From: Aquifex aeolicus VF5
GTDB taxonomy: Bacteria > Aquificota > Aquificia > Aquificales > Aquificaceae
Length of the DNA stretch: 32,000 nt
Direction: 5' to 3'
Assembly: GCF_000008625.1 (NCBI RefSeq)
Contig: NC_000918.1
Coordinates: 1,410,001 to 1,442,000, forward strand
Part shown: positions 1-9,063 of the stretch, one piece after another
How the letters are laid out: each line of letters begins with the position of its first letter
How positions within the stretch are numbered: the stretch's first letter is position 1
Notes under the pieces: model-generated
What the model was told of the DNA's origin: nothing
Database searches by the model: none
The model's input: the letters and a program-made list of their open reading frames with translations, nothing else
Program-made: the position numbers and the translations under genes

Positions 1-364
1 ACTCTTCTGCACCCTCACCGTATATGAAAACGTGTTTGTAGTTCGGAGTTAAGTCCTCAAAGTAGACTTTCAGTGAAAGTTTTAACCTGTTGAACTCGTT
101 TATTACGAAATCTGCAGGCTCTTCCGTGTCGAGTATATAGTAATCCTTTATTTTGTATACGAAGAAGTCCGCTATGGGCTGACCATTTTGCTTGAGCCAC
201 AGGTTGTAGTTAAAAGTGTAGGGCTTTAAAGACTTTATATCATTTGTAAGGAGTCCATGAAGGAAGTGTGTGTGCTCCTCCGGAGCGGTAAGTCCCTTCA
301 TCAACATCTTTACAGGCTTTCCGTAAACCTTTATCTTACTTCTCTTTAAATCTATCCACTTCAT
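1..364 (-). CDS. YgfZ/GcvT-like folate-binding domain protein, N-terminal part (runs off the left edge)
   Basis: Manual reverse translation from the ATG at 364 gives MKWIDLKRSKIKVYGKPVKMLMKGLTAPEEHTHFLHGLLTNDIKSLKPYTFNYNLWLKQNGQPIADFFVYKIKDYYILD..., open to position 1. The FLHGLLTNDIKSL...NGQPIADF pattern fits the YgfZ/GcvT-like family. Confidence 0.7.
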   Translation of the reverse strand, partial: MKWIDLKRSKIKVYGKPVKMLMKGLTAPEEHTHFLHGLLTNDIKSLKPYTFNYNLWLKQNGQPIADFFVYKIKDYYILDTEEPADFVINEFNRLKLSLKVYFEDLTPNYKHVFIYGEGAEE

Positions 365-475
365 ACTAATAAAATTCTATTGTTTAAAAGTATTATTTCA
401 CTTTATGCTCAGAATAAAGAATTCTAAGAGAAAAATCTAAAGGAAGATTTAAGTTTTTCCATAGGGAGGGCTATC

Positions 476-985
476 ATGAAGAAATTGGTTTTACTCTTTA
501 TGTTTTTCAGTTTCCTTTTTGCGGAAGAACATGCAAAGTTCGTACAGACGCCTTACGAGGCTCCATTCAAGGTTGTTGTAGAATTTTACTTTGACGAGCC
601 TGAAAAGATAAGACCTGCACTTCTCTGGGTTTCAAACATCATATACGTGCTCTCTAACGAACCTTACAACTTCGTACCCGGTGAGGATATAGACATAGTC
701 GTGATAATCCACGGGACGGAGATAACAACTCTCGTTAAGAAAAACAGGGAAAAGTACAAAGACATATGGGAGAGAATTGAGGGAATGAGCATGTACGGGG
801 TTAAGTTTAAGGTTTGTGCTATGGCGGCGGAACAGCTATACGGATACTCTAAAGAAGATTTTCCGCCTTTTGTTGACCTTGTTCCTTCAGCTATAACGGA
901 ACTCCTCCACTGGCAACAAAAGGGATACGCACTCCTTATACCACAAATATATGAAATGAAAAGGACAAGAGAGGAAATAAGGTGA
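476..985 (+). CDS. Secreted DsrE/DsrF-like protein
   Basis: 169-aa ORF with an N-terminal signal peptide (MKKLVLLFMFFSFLFA) and a DsrE-like core (IDIVVIIHGTEITTLVK...GVKFKVCAMAAEQLYG...LVPSAITELLHWQQKGYALL). Preceded by GGGAGG. Confidence 0.75.
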   Translation: MKKLVLLFMFFSFLFAEEHAKFVQTPYEAPFKVVVEFYFDEPEKIRPALLWVSNIIYVLSNEPYNFVPGEDIDIVVIIHGTEITTLVKKNREKYKDIWERIEGMSMYGVKFKVCAMAAEQLYGYSKEDFPPFVDLVPSAITELLHWQQKGYALLIPQIYEMKRTREEIR

Positions 986-1810
986 TTATTCGTACTCCGT
1001 TGAATCCTTGTCCAGCTCTGCGTACTTTTCGCTCATCTCAACAGCTTGTTCAAACAGCTGTCTTTCTCTTTCCGTAATTTCGACCGGTCTTCTTTCCTTT
1101 GTGGGTACAACTTCTTCTGCGCTTTCCCTTCTTTGTTTACCTTCAAGAACCGCATCCGCAATTTTAGAAGTGAGGAGTTTTATGGATTTGATAGCGTCGT
1201 CGTTTCCGGGAATTGTGTAATCAATAACTGTTGGGTCGCAGTTTGAGTCCGCTATGGCAACTATGGGAATTCCTAGTTTTCTCGCTTCGCTAACCGCTAT
1301 CTTCTCCCTCACCGTGTCTACTATCCAGATAACGTCGGGGAGCTTCTTCATATCCCTTATACCGTTGTAGAGTTTTCTCAGTTTTTCCATTTTCCTTCTC
1401 AAGTTTCTCACTTCCTTTTTGGGGAGGACGTCAAATATTCCGTCTTCTTCCATCCTTTCGAGTGTTTGGAGCTTCATAATGCTCTTTCTGACCGTCTGGA
1501 AGTTTGTGAGGAGTCCACCTACCCATCTTTCGTTAACGTAGAAAGCTCCGCACCTTTCCGCCTCTTCCTTAATAATGTCCTTTGCCTGTTTCTTCGTTCC
1601 GACAAAGAGTATCTCACCGCCCTGAGCAATAACGTCCGAAACGAAGTGATAAGCGTCTTCAAGCATTACTATGGTTTTGTTCAGGTCAATTATGTGTATC
1701 CCGTGTCTGACTCCGTAGATGTAGGGAGCCATTTTGGGGTTCCATCTGGACTTTGAGTGTCCGAAGTGAACACCCGCCTCTAAAAGTTCCTTCATGGAAA
1801 CTACCGGCAT
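986..1810 (-). CDS. rpsB: 30S ribosomal protein S2
   Basis: 274 aa; [41 protein letters not shown] and FVGTKKQAK...[12 protein letters not shown] are S2 signatures. AAGGAGGT SD at 1818-1825. Confidence 0.99.
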
Positions 1811-1817
1811 ACTTCAC

Positions 1818-1883
1818 ACCTCCTTGGGTTTTGCCACCCTTCCCCATCACCCCGAAGCTGGGGCAACCCAAGCGGGGAAGGTG
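1818..1883 (-). promoter_or_regulatory. Candidate structured (pseudoknot-capable) 5' leader of rpsB
   Basis: Minus strand: CACCTTCCCC-GC-TTGGGTT-G-CCCC-AGCTTC-GGGG-TGAT-GGGGAAGG-GTGGCAA-AACCCAA-GGAGGT. Helices CCTTCCCC/GGGGAAGG, CCCC/GGGG and the crossing helix TTGGGTT/AACCCAA, with the last strand abutting and partly overlapping the SD. Confidence 0.65.
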
Positions 1884-1901
1884 CGGTTTAAAGAAATAAT
1901 T

Positions 1902-2879
1902 TTAATCCTTCTTCTCACCGTTTTCACCCTTTTTCTTTTCAAGTTCCCTTTTTTCCTCTATTACACTCCTGTCAAACCTGTAAATCCTTCCGCAGAAATT
2001 GCAGGAAACTTCCGCAAGCTCGTTTTCATTAAAGAGGTCCTCAAGTTCCTGAGTACTCATCAAAAACAGCGAAGCCTTTGCTACTTCCTCATCACACGGA
2101 CAGTAATACTCAACTTCCTTCAAACCTATGAGCTGAGGTTCCATGTCTTTTAAGATTTCCACCGCTATGTCCTCAGGTCTCATTCCCTTTTCCATCATCT
2201 CCGTAACGGGAGGGAGGGAGAGAATTCTCTTCTCAAGTAGTTCCTTTACCTTCTCAGAAGTCCCGCCGAGCGTCTGAACCAAGTACCCTCCTGCGTGTTT
2301 TACGCTTCCGTCTTCGTTTACTTTAACACCGACCGCAACCGCGGAAGGCGTTTGTTCGGACTGGTAAAGGTAGTAAGCTATATCCTGTCCTATTTCTCCC
2401 GAAATCAACGGAACTACGCTCGTGTAAGGTTTGCCCATTCCGAGGTCCTTTACAACAGTAAGAGTTCCCTTTCCAACTATCTTTGCAACGTCAAACTTCT
2501 TTTTACCTTCTACTTCTTTTGTGTAGGTATCCACGTTTGGGTTTCCTACAAAGCCCCTTACTCTTCCCTTTGCGTCTGCCTCTACCACTATAGTTCCGAT
2601 AGGTCCATCTCCTTCTATTTTTAAAAGGAGTTTTTGGTTGGTACCGTGCTTGAGGAGAGAAGTTAAGAGAAGGGCTCCCACTATAGCCCTGCCCATGGCA
2701 ACGGTGGCCGACGGTGATAAGTTGTGTATCCTCCTTGCGGTTTCAACGGTGTTTGTAGCTTTAACGACGTAAACCCTTACGGGCTCCTTTTTGGGAACCG
2801 CTATAACCATATAGTCTCTTTCTTGGAAGTAGTCTTTTAGATCCTTCTTTACCTGCTCGCTTAGCTCCTTTATCAGCAT
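1902..2879 (-). CDS. hslO: Hsp33 redox-regulated chaperone
   Basis: 325 aa; LLLKIEGDGPIGTIVVEADAKGRVRGFVGNP and the C-terminal zinc cysteines CPC...CNFC are typical of Hsp33. Confidence 0.97.
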   Translation of the reverse strand: MLIKELSEQVKKDLKDYFQERDYMVIAVPKKEPVRVYVVKATNTVETARRIHNLSPSATVAMGRAIVGALLLTSLLKHGTNQKLLLKIEGDGPIGTIVVEADAKGRVRGFVGNPNVDTYTKEVEGKKKFDVAKIVGKGTLTVVKDLGMGKPYTSVVPLISGEIGQDIAYYLYQSEQTPSAVAVGVKVNEDGSVKHAGGYLVQTLGGTSEKVKELLEKRILSLPPVTEMMEKGMRPEDIAVEILKDMEPQLIGLKEVEYYCPCDEEVAKASLFLMSTQELEDLFNENELAEVSCNFCGRIYRFDRSVIEEKRELEKKKGENGEKKD

Positions 2880-2895
2880 AATATTTTAAGTTATC

Positions 2896-5712
2896 CTATC
2901 CCACCGCTCTCTCAATAATACTCTTGACTATTTCCTTCTCAAGGGGTGAGCTTATCTTGGGTATTATCGTTTCCATTACCACGGTCTTGGCATCTCCGTA
3001 CTTTCTCAGTCTCCTTGCACACCTTATCGTGTCCCTGATGGAGAACACGAATTCTACCGGCTCTTCGGACTGCTGTGTCTGGTAAGCCCTGTAAGCCTTT
3101 CTTATCTCGTTTGCTATCTTGAGGAGGTCAAAGAGGAGTTTTACATCTCTTTCCCTTTCGGGAGTTCTGAGTTTTTCTCCGAGCTGTGTCTTTACGTCGT
3201 TTACCACGTAATACCAGAGGTACGTAAACTCTTCCTTGTTCAGAGAAGCAAGTGTATCCAGGTAGTCTTTAAGTATCAGGGCTTCGTCGGGGTAGTAAAA
3301 GCCCTTTTCGTCCTCAAAGGGAGGGTAATCCACGTACATTATGTCCGCCCTTGACTTTATGTCTTGAGGGAGTTCCGAAACACCGAGGTAGTTCTGAGGG
3401 TTCATTCCCCCCACGAGTATCACGTCGGGTCTCGCCTTTACCACCTCTCCGTAAGAGAGAACCAGGTACCTCCTGTAGTCAAAGAGGGGGTTGAATATTT
3501 TGACAAGAGAGGGAGGAAGTGTGTTTATCTCGTCAAGGTATATCACGGCTCCGGGCGTTCTCAGGGCCCTAACGAGGTCGGAGTAAACCTTCTTCGTTCC
3601 CTTTTTGGGGTCAAACTCGTAAATGAAGGTTATGTCTTCCTTTTCCATCTTTGAATTGCAGGGGATTATAAAGAGGGGTCTGTTGGTGAGAGCAGAGAAT
3701 ACTTCAACGAGGAAGTTTTTACCTACACCCGCGTCACCCTCAAGTATGAGTATTCCCTCGTGGTACTGGAGCTGCTCTTTTACTAAAGATGTGAACCTCT
3801 CAAGGTTCTGGACGAACCAGGGGGTTTCTTCAAAAGAGACGAACTCCGGAACTCTGTACTGCTCTGCTGAACAAAGGCCGTTTAAGTGTTTTAAGTACCT
3901 TCCGACCCAAGGGGGAAAGTGCCCGACTTCAGACTGTTCAAGTATGTTGTTGTAGCGCTTTGGCTCTACGCTCAGGCCGTCTTCCCTCTCAAAGATAAGC
4001 CTTGCGAATACTTTTCCGTCCTGCAGGAACTTGTCCTCTACTTTTACGTGCCACTTGTACCTTACGGGCTCAGCTTTGAACTTCTCTACTTCTTCCCTTC
4101 CGAAGATTACCTTGTCTTCAAGGAGTTTTATAGTGAAGGTTTTTAGCCTGTCCTCTATTAATTTCTCCTGAAGGGTCTTGAGGAGTTCTTCGTTTGCGTA
4201 GTTGTAAAACTCCCTGGGAAGTGTTGATATAAACTTCCTTGTTTCCTTTACCTCTTGGAGGCTTTCGAGCTCCGAGAAACTCTTAACCTTTGCCCTTGAT
4301 ATGGCTTCCCTTACTTTTTCAAGGTGCTCGTTTAACTTCTTGTTGAAGAACTCAACGACTTCCTTTCTCAGTTCTTCCAGCTTTTCCTTCCATTCCTGGG
4401 AGACTTCTTCAATTTTTTCCTTGAGTCTGTTGTAGTCCTGTCCGGTTATTGTTCCTTCCTGGAGTTTTTTCTTTATGTTTTCGTAAAAGACTTCGAGTTT
4501 TCTCTCTTGAAGTTCTTCACGTGCCTTCAGTATTAATTCTCTTACTTCCTTTAAAGGAACGCTTATTTCTTCAAGTTCCCTTAAGGGCTTTACGGACTCA
4601 AGTTCCTCTTCGGTTTTTGCCTCCTTTAAGACTTTTTTAAACTCCTTGTATATCTCGTTTGCGTTCTTGATTATCTGCTTTTGCCTTTCCTTGGGATACA
4701 AGAAGTCTATGAGGTTAGTTTCGAACTTCTCAAGGAAGTAGTAAAGCTTTCCTTCTTGTTCTTCCCACCTTGAGGTGTAAACGCTTCCGTCTGAGGCTAC
4801 ACGGACCACGCTGTAGCCGTACCCTTCCAGAAATCCTAAAAATTGATTGTTCCTCAGGTCGTAAACGCCGAGTCTGTTTTCCTCTTCATCCGCACTAAAG
4901 AGGAAGCTACCTTCCGGAGAAACGTCTATGAGTCCAACCCTGTGGGGGAGTTCAAGCTCTCCCTCCACTCTATCCAGGGCGGAGTCGTAAATTGCAATCT
5001 TTTGTTTTTCGTTGTCCGCTATGAATACTTTATCCTCGTAAAGGGCTATCGCCCTATTTCCCGCGTAGTTCAGTTTTCTGAGAAGATTACCGCCTATTGA
5101 GAAAACCGCACACCCTTGCGTTCCGCTCAGGAAAAGCTTCCCGTTCGGAAGTATCTTTAAAGCTCTGAGGTCACCTATTTCCGCGTCCCTGTATATGAAG
5201 GTGCTCTTAAAGTCAACGGTGGTCTGGGTGAGATCGCCTGAAAGGTCTATTACGTAAACCTTCTCTCCTACCACTCCGAAGGCTAAAGAACCTTTCCTTA
5301 TATCGAGTCCACCAGTTGGTCTTAGTCCTTCCTGTGAAATCCTTACACTTTTCCATGTCTTGGGGTCTTTTGAGTTTTCCAGGTAGTAAATCACGAGGTA
5401 TGGAGGTGCTACTACTCCCAAGTACTTTCCTCTGAAGACTATGTCCGTGATGGACTGAGCGGGGGGCTTTGAGGGGAGTCTGTGAAGGTTGCCAGCCCAA
5501 TCGTAGAGCTGGAATATGCCGTGTCTCCTTCCTACAAGAACCCAGTAGGCGTCTTCGGAAACGTCTAAGGTTTCTATCCAGTACTCCTCTATCTTTGCGT
5601 CCGGATCCCTTTTTAAGGGGAAGTACTTGAACTTCAAATCACCTACGGTGAACTCGGGAGTTTTTTCTTCTTTCCTTTCTTCCTTTTTAAGGAACTTGTT
5701 TAAAATACCCAT
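2896..5712 (-). CDS. Large protein: N-terminal beta-propeller-like repeats, central coiled coil, C-terminal MoxR/AAA_5-type ATPase
   Basis: 938 aa; propeller-like repeats (ISVSPEG/ASDGSVYTSRW type), Glu/Lys coiled coil, Walker A-like LEGDAGVGKN, Walker B VIYLDEIN, and VGGMNP...LPQDIKSRA. Confidence 0.8.
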   Translation of the reverse strand: MGILNKFLKKEERKEEKTPEFTVGDLKFKYFPLKRDPDAKIEEYWIETLDVSEDAYWVLVGRRHGIFQLYDWAGNLHRLPSKPPAQSITDIVFRGKYLGVVAPPYLVIYYLENSKDPKTWKSVRISQEGLRPTGGLDIRKGSLAFGVVGEKVYVIDLSGDLTQTTVDFKSTFIYRDAEIGDLRALKILPNGKLFLSGTQGCAVFSIGGNLLRKLNYAGNRAIALYEDKVFIADNEKQKIAIYDSALDRVEGELELPHRVGLIDVSPEGSFLFSADEEENRLGVYDLRNNQFLGFLEGYGYSVVRVASDGSVYTSRWEEQEGKLYYFLEKFETNLIDFLYPKERQKQIIKNANEIYKEFKKVLKEAKTEEELESVKPLRELEEISVPLKEVRELILKAREELQERKLEVFYENIKKKLQEGTITGQDYNRLKEKIEEVSQEWKEKLEELRKEVVEFFNKKLNEHLEKVREAISRAKVKSFSELESLQEVKETRKFISTLPREFYNYANEELLKTLQEKLIEDRLKTFTIKLLEDKVIFGREEVEKFKAEPVRYKWHVKVEDKFLQDGKVFARLIFEREDGLSVEPKRYNNILEQSEVGHFPPWVGRYLKHLNGLCSAEQYRVPEFVSFEETPWFVQNLERFTSLVKEQLQYHEGILILEGDAGVGKNFLVEVFSALTNRPLFIIPCNSKMEKEDITFIYEFDPKKGTKKVYSDLVRALRTPGAVIYLDEINTLPPSLVKIFNPLFDYRRYLVLSYGEVVKARPDVILVGGMNPQNYLGVSELPQDIKSRADIMYVDYPPFEDEKGFYYPDEALILKDYLDTLASLNKEEFTYLWYYVVNDVKTQLGEKLRTPERERDVKLLFDLLKIANEIRKAYRAYQTQQSEEPVEFVFSIRDTIRCARRLRKYGDAKTVVMETIIPKISSPLEKEIVKSIIERAVG

Positions 5713-5786
5713 TTAAGATAAACATATTAAAGACTTAAAGGTGCACGACTTTCTGAGGAATCTCATACTGAGTTAAAATTTCCACT

Positions 5787-6200
5787 ATGAAAGCTTACAC
5801 CAAGTACTTAACCTTCAACACGAAGAAGAGAAGGGAACTCATAAGGATTACGGACGAGGTTAAAAAAGCGGTGGAAGAAAGCGAAGTGAAGGAAGGTCTT
5901 TGTCTTGTTTCCTCCATGCACCTGACATCCTCCGTAATCATTCAGGACGATGAGGAGGGACTTCACGAAGACATCTGGGAGTGGCTCGAGAAATTAGCAC
6001 CATACAGACCTGATTACAAGCACCACAGAACCGGAGAGGACAACGGAGACGCTCACCTAAAAAACCTCTTAACTCACCTTCAGGTAGTCCTTCCTATAAC
6101 GAACGGGAAGCTGGATCTGGGACCGTGGCAGGAGATTTTTTACGCGGAGTTTGACGGACAGAGACCGAAAAGAGTTGTTATAAAGATAATCGGGGAGTAA
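5787..6200 (+). CDS. YjbQ/UPF0047 family protein
   Basis: 137 aa; [36 protein letters not shown]...[10 protein letters not shown]...G+[16 protein letters not shown] are family signatures. Confidence 0.93.
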   Translation: MKAYTKYLTFNTKKRRELIRITDEVKKAVEESEVKEGLCLVSSMHLTSSVIIQDDEEGLHEDIWEWLEKLAPYRPDYKHHRTGEDNGDAHLKNLLTHLQVVLPITNGKLDLGPWQEIFYAEFDGQRPKRVVIKIIGE

Positions 6201-6210
6201 ATAATTCTTA

Positions 6211-7263
6211 ATGGCTGAGGAGCATAAAACAGAACGGGCAACTCCGTACAAAAGGAGGAAGGTAAGGGAAGAGGGAAACGTAGCAAAGAGCCACGAGATA
6301 GCATCCTCCCTTGTAGTCCTCCTTTCCCTTCTCCTATTACTCTTCCTTGGAACTTACATAGCTAAAGAAGTAATACTCATTTTTCTGGCGGTAACGGGAT
6401 ACGTCCACGCGGATATATCCGAGCTAGGAAGCCTTTACGAGAACTTTTACGAAAACATCGTTAAGGTTTTAACCCCGCTGTTTTTCTTAGCTCTATTAGT
6501 CGTCATTCTTTCTCACGTGGCACAGTTCGGATTTATTTTTACCTTGAAGCCTCTCTCTTTTAAGTGGGAAAGGATAAACCCTTTTGAAGGTATAAAGCGA
6601 TTAATCTCTCTAACCACTTTATTTGAAACGGTAAAAAACACCCTGAAGGCTTTTCTGCTTATAGGTATAGCGGTTTTCGTTTTAAAGGGCAGTCTTTACT
6701 TTTTCCTCTCCTCTTCCACTTACCCTTTGGCAGAAACTCTGAAGAGTTTTATTAAGACCTCAGCTATAACGCTTATAACCCTCGGAGTGGTTGCCCTCCT
6801 AATAGCCTTTCTGGATTACGCCTTCAAACGCTGGCAGTACGAAAAGAAGATAATGATGTCGAGAAGGGAATTGAAGGAGGAGTACAAACAACTGGAAGGA
6901 CACCCGGAAGTAAAGAGCAGGATAAAGGCAAGGATGAGGGAGCTCGCAAAGAGCAGGATGATGGCAGAAGTTCCCAAGGCAACAGTAGTTATCACAAACC
7001 CAACACACATAGCGATAGCCCTCAAATACAATCCGGAGAAAGACAAAGCTCCCGTTGTTGTTGCAAAGGGAAAGGGCACTATAGCCCAGAAAATCGTTGA
7101 GATTGCAGAAAACTACAGTATACCCGTAGTGAGGAAACCGGAACTCGCAAGGGCACTCTACCCTGCGGTTGAGGTAGGAAAGGAAATATCCCCTAAATTT
7201 TACAAAGCCGTAGCGGAAATAATAGCCTACGTTATGTTCAAAAAGAAAAAGGTTTACGCCTGA
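6211..7263 (+). CDS. flhB: Flagellar export apparatus protein FlhB
   Basis: 350 aa; N-terminal EEHKTERATPYKRRKVREEGNVAKS, four hydrophobic segments, and the NPTH autocleavage motif (VVITNPTHIAIALKY). Confidence 0.98.
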   Translation: MAEEHKTERATPYKRRKVREEGNVAKSHEIASSLVVLLSLLLLLFLGTYIAKEVILIFLAVTGYVHADISELGSLYENFYENIVKVLTPLFFLALLVVILSHVAQFGFIFTLKPLSFKWERINPFEGIKRLISLTTLFETVKNTLKAFLLIGIAVFVLKGSLYFFLSSSTYPLAETLKSFIKTSAITLITLGVVALLIAFLDYAFKRWQYEKKIMMSRRELKEEYKQLEGHPEVKSRIKARMRELAKSRMMAEVPKATVVITNPTHIAIALKYNPEKDKAPVVVAKGKGTIAQKIVEIAENYSIPVVRKPELARALYPAVEVGKEISPKFYKAVAEIIAYVMFKKKKVYA

Positions 7264-8564
7264 GGACGCAGGAAAGAAAGCACCTTCTGGGCTACCTTTT
7301 TAGAAGCCCTTATGCAGTCTGCGGTGGAGACCCCGTAGAGCCAGTTCCCCGTCAGGAACAGCCCAGGATAATCCTTTTCCATTTCTTGAGCTAGGTTCAA
7401 GAACCTGTCGTACCCCAGAGTGTACTGAGGTATAGCCCTCTTCCACTTCTGAACGTGCATAAAGTCTATACAGTCTATTTGAAGTATCTCTTTCAGTTCT
7501 CTTTCTACTATGTTTTCTATTTCTTCCTCGGAGAGCTCTATTACCTCTCTGTCCGTTGCTCCTCCCAGGAACACCGTTAAAAGTTCCTTTCCCTGAGGTG
7601 CTCTTCCCGGGAATAACTTTGACATAAACATAGCTCCGAGAATTCTCTTTTTTCCACTCTCGGAACTAAGAAGCCGAACCTTCGGGAATTTCCCTTCAAC
7701 ACCTACGTTCACAACTACTACGGGAGGATAATCTATCTTGTCGAACTCTTCGCTCGCACTGAAAGAAACTTCCTTCAGGAGATAAGAGGAAGTGTAGGCC
7801 GGGGAAGCTACTACGACACTTTTTGTCTCAACCTTTTTCCCGCGCACATCAAGCCTGAAGAAATCCTCAAACTTCCTCATTCTCAGAACTACGTTTTCTG
7901 TATGAACTTCAAGCTTTTGAGCAAGTGCATTTATTAGCTCTCCCAAGCCTTCCCCGAAGGATATTAGCTTGCCTTTAGGGCCTGCGGTTTTTTCTTTGAT
8001 AAATGCCTTTATTAAACTTCCGTACTTTTTCTGAGCTTCATAAAGTTTAGGTGTGGCGTGCTTGAGGGATAACTTTTCCGGATCACCAGCGTAAACCCCC
8101 GAGATAAAAGGAGCCACGACGTAATTCAGGAATTCCTCGCCGAAATGTTCTCTTACAAAATCCGCTATGGAAATGTCTTCATCAACACCTCTCTTAAAGA
8201 TTTCCGTAAGGACTTTCAACTTCGTTTTAAGGGAAAGAAGCGGTGTTTTAAGAAATTCCACGGGCGACATGGGAAGGGGAATTAACCTTCCCTTTTTGTA
8301 TATGTATCTATATTTAGAAGAAGGAGAAGCCTCTACGGGTTCAATTCCTGCCTCTTTCAAGAAATCTATAACTTCTTGATCCGCAAGTATAGTCTGAGCC
8401 CCTACTTCAAAGAGATATCCCTTTTCTTTCACCGTGTGGATCGTCCCCCCTATCCTGTCGTCCTTTTCGTAAACTACAACGTCCACACCCTCCTTTTTTA
8501 ACCTGTATGCTGTAGAAAGTCCAGAAATTCCTGCACCTATTACCACAACCTCTCGCATATCCAA
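7254..8564 (-). CDS. hemY: Protoporphyrinogen/coproporphyrinogen oxidase, HemY/HemG-like FAD enzyme
   Basis: 436 aa; FAD motif VVVIGAGISGLSTAYRLKKEGVDVVVYEKDDRIGG, AGDPEKLSLKHATPKLYE, and C-terminal LFLTGNWLYGVSTADCIRAS. Confidence 0.93.
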   Translation of the reverse strand: MDMREVVVIGAGISGLSTAYRLKKEGVDVVVYEKDDRIGGTIHTVKEKGYLFEVGAQTILADQEVIDFLKEAGIEPVEASPSSKYRYIYKKGRLIPLPMSPVEFLKTPLLSLKTKLKVLTEIFKRGVDEDISIADFVREHFGEEFLNYVVAPFISGVYAGDPEKLSLKHATPKLYEAQKKYGSLIKAFIKEKTAGPKGKLISFGEGLGELINALAQKLEVHTENVVLRMRKFEDFFRLDVRGKKVETKSVVVASPAYTSSYLLKEVSFSASEEFDKIDYPPVVVVNVGVEGKFPKVRLLSSESGKKRILGAMFMSKLFPGRAPQGKELLTVFLGGATDREVIELSEEEIENIVERELKEILQIDCIDFMHVQKWKRAIPQYTLGYDRFLNLAQEMEKDYPGLFLTGNWLYGVSTADCIRASKKVAQKVLSFLRPQA

Positions 8565-8629
8565 ATTCTAAAACTTTTCCTTCTAAACAAACCCTGACAA
8601 AAGCTTGGAAAAAACTTGAAAATGTTTTA

Positions 8630-8658
8630 AAATACTAAACAAAGCCCTTTTTGGGCTC
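8630..8658 (-). terminator. Possible weak intrinsic terminator on the minus strand
   Basis: Minus strand reads AGCCC-AAAAA-GGGCT-TTGTTTAGTATTTT: a 5-bp hairpin followed by a U-rich stretch. Confidence 0.35.
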
Positions 8659-8899
8659 CGGCTCCTTGGCAATTGAATATGGTAAGTGAACCTTAATAAG
8701 TGATGCTTTGATGGTGTGATGTATTGAAATCATGATGCAACATAGCTAAAAAGATTGAAAATCAAGGGCATAAATTTTTACAATGATATACTCAAGTTTG
8801 CAGAACCGCGGGTTAGCGGAAATTAACATTCGTTTCGTGAAGGTTAGGTGTCTAATAAGTTATTGATAAAGCGTTATTTTTTAGGCACAGGCGTGCAGG
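8658..8899 (+). promoter_or_regulatory. Probable CRISPR leader / non-coding region
   Basis: AT-rich, ORF-poor region on the 5' side of the repeats, which end in GTTGAAAC. Contains TATACT at 8787-8792 and repeated ATTGAAA-type motifs. Confidence 0.5.
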
Positions 8900-9060
8900 G
8901 TTCCTAATGTACCGTGTGGAGTTGAAACCATAATAGGAGAATTTAGGAATGCTGATATGCGGGAGTTCCTAATGTACCGTGTGGAGTTGAAACTTGTCGA
9001 GAATTACATCGTCAGGAGTTTCTACTTCAAGGTTCCTAATGTACCGTGTGGAGTTGAAAC
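8900..9060 (+). CRISPR. Short CRISPR array: 3 identical 29-nt repeats and 2 spacers (36 and 38 nt)
   Basis: GTTCCTAATGTACCGTGTGGAGTTGAAAC at 8900-8928, 8965-8993 and 9032-9060. Spacers at 8929-8964 and 8994-9031 are unrelated to each other. Confidence 0.97.
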
Positions 9061-9063
9061 AAC

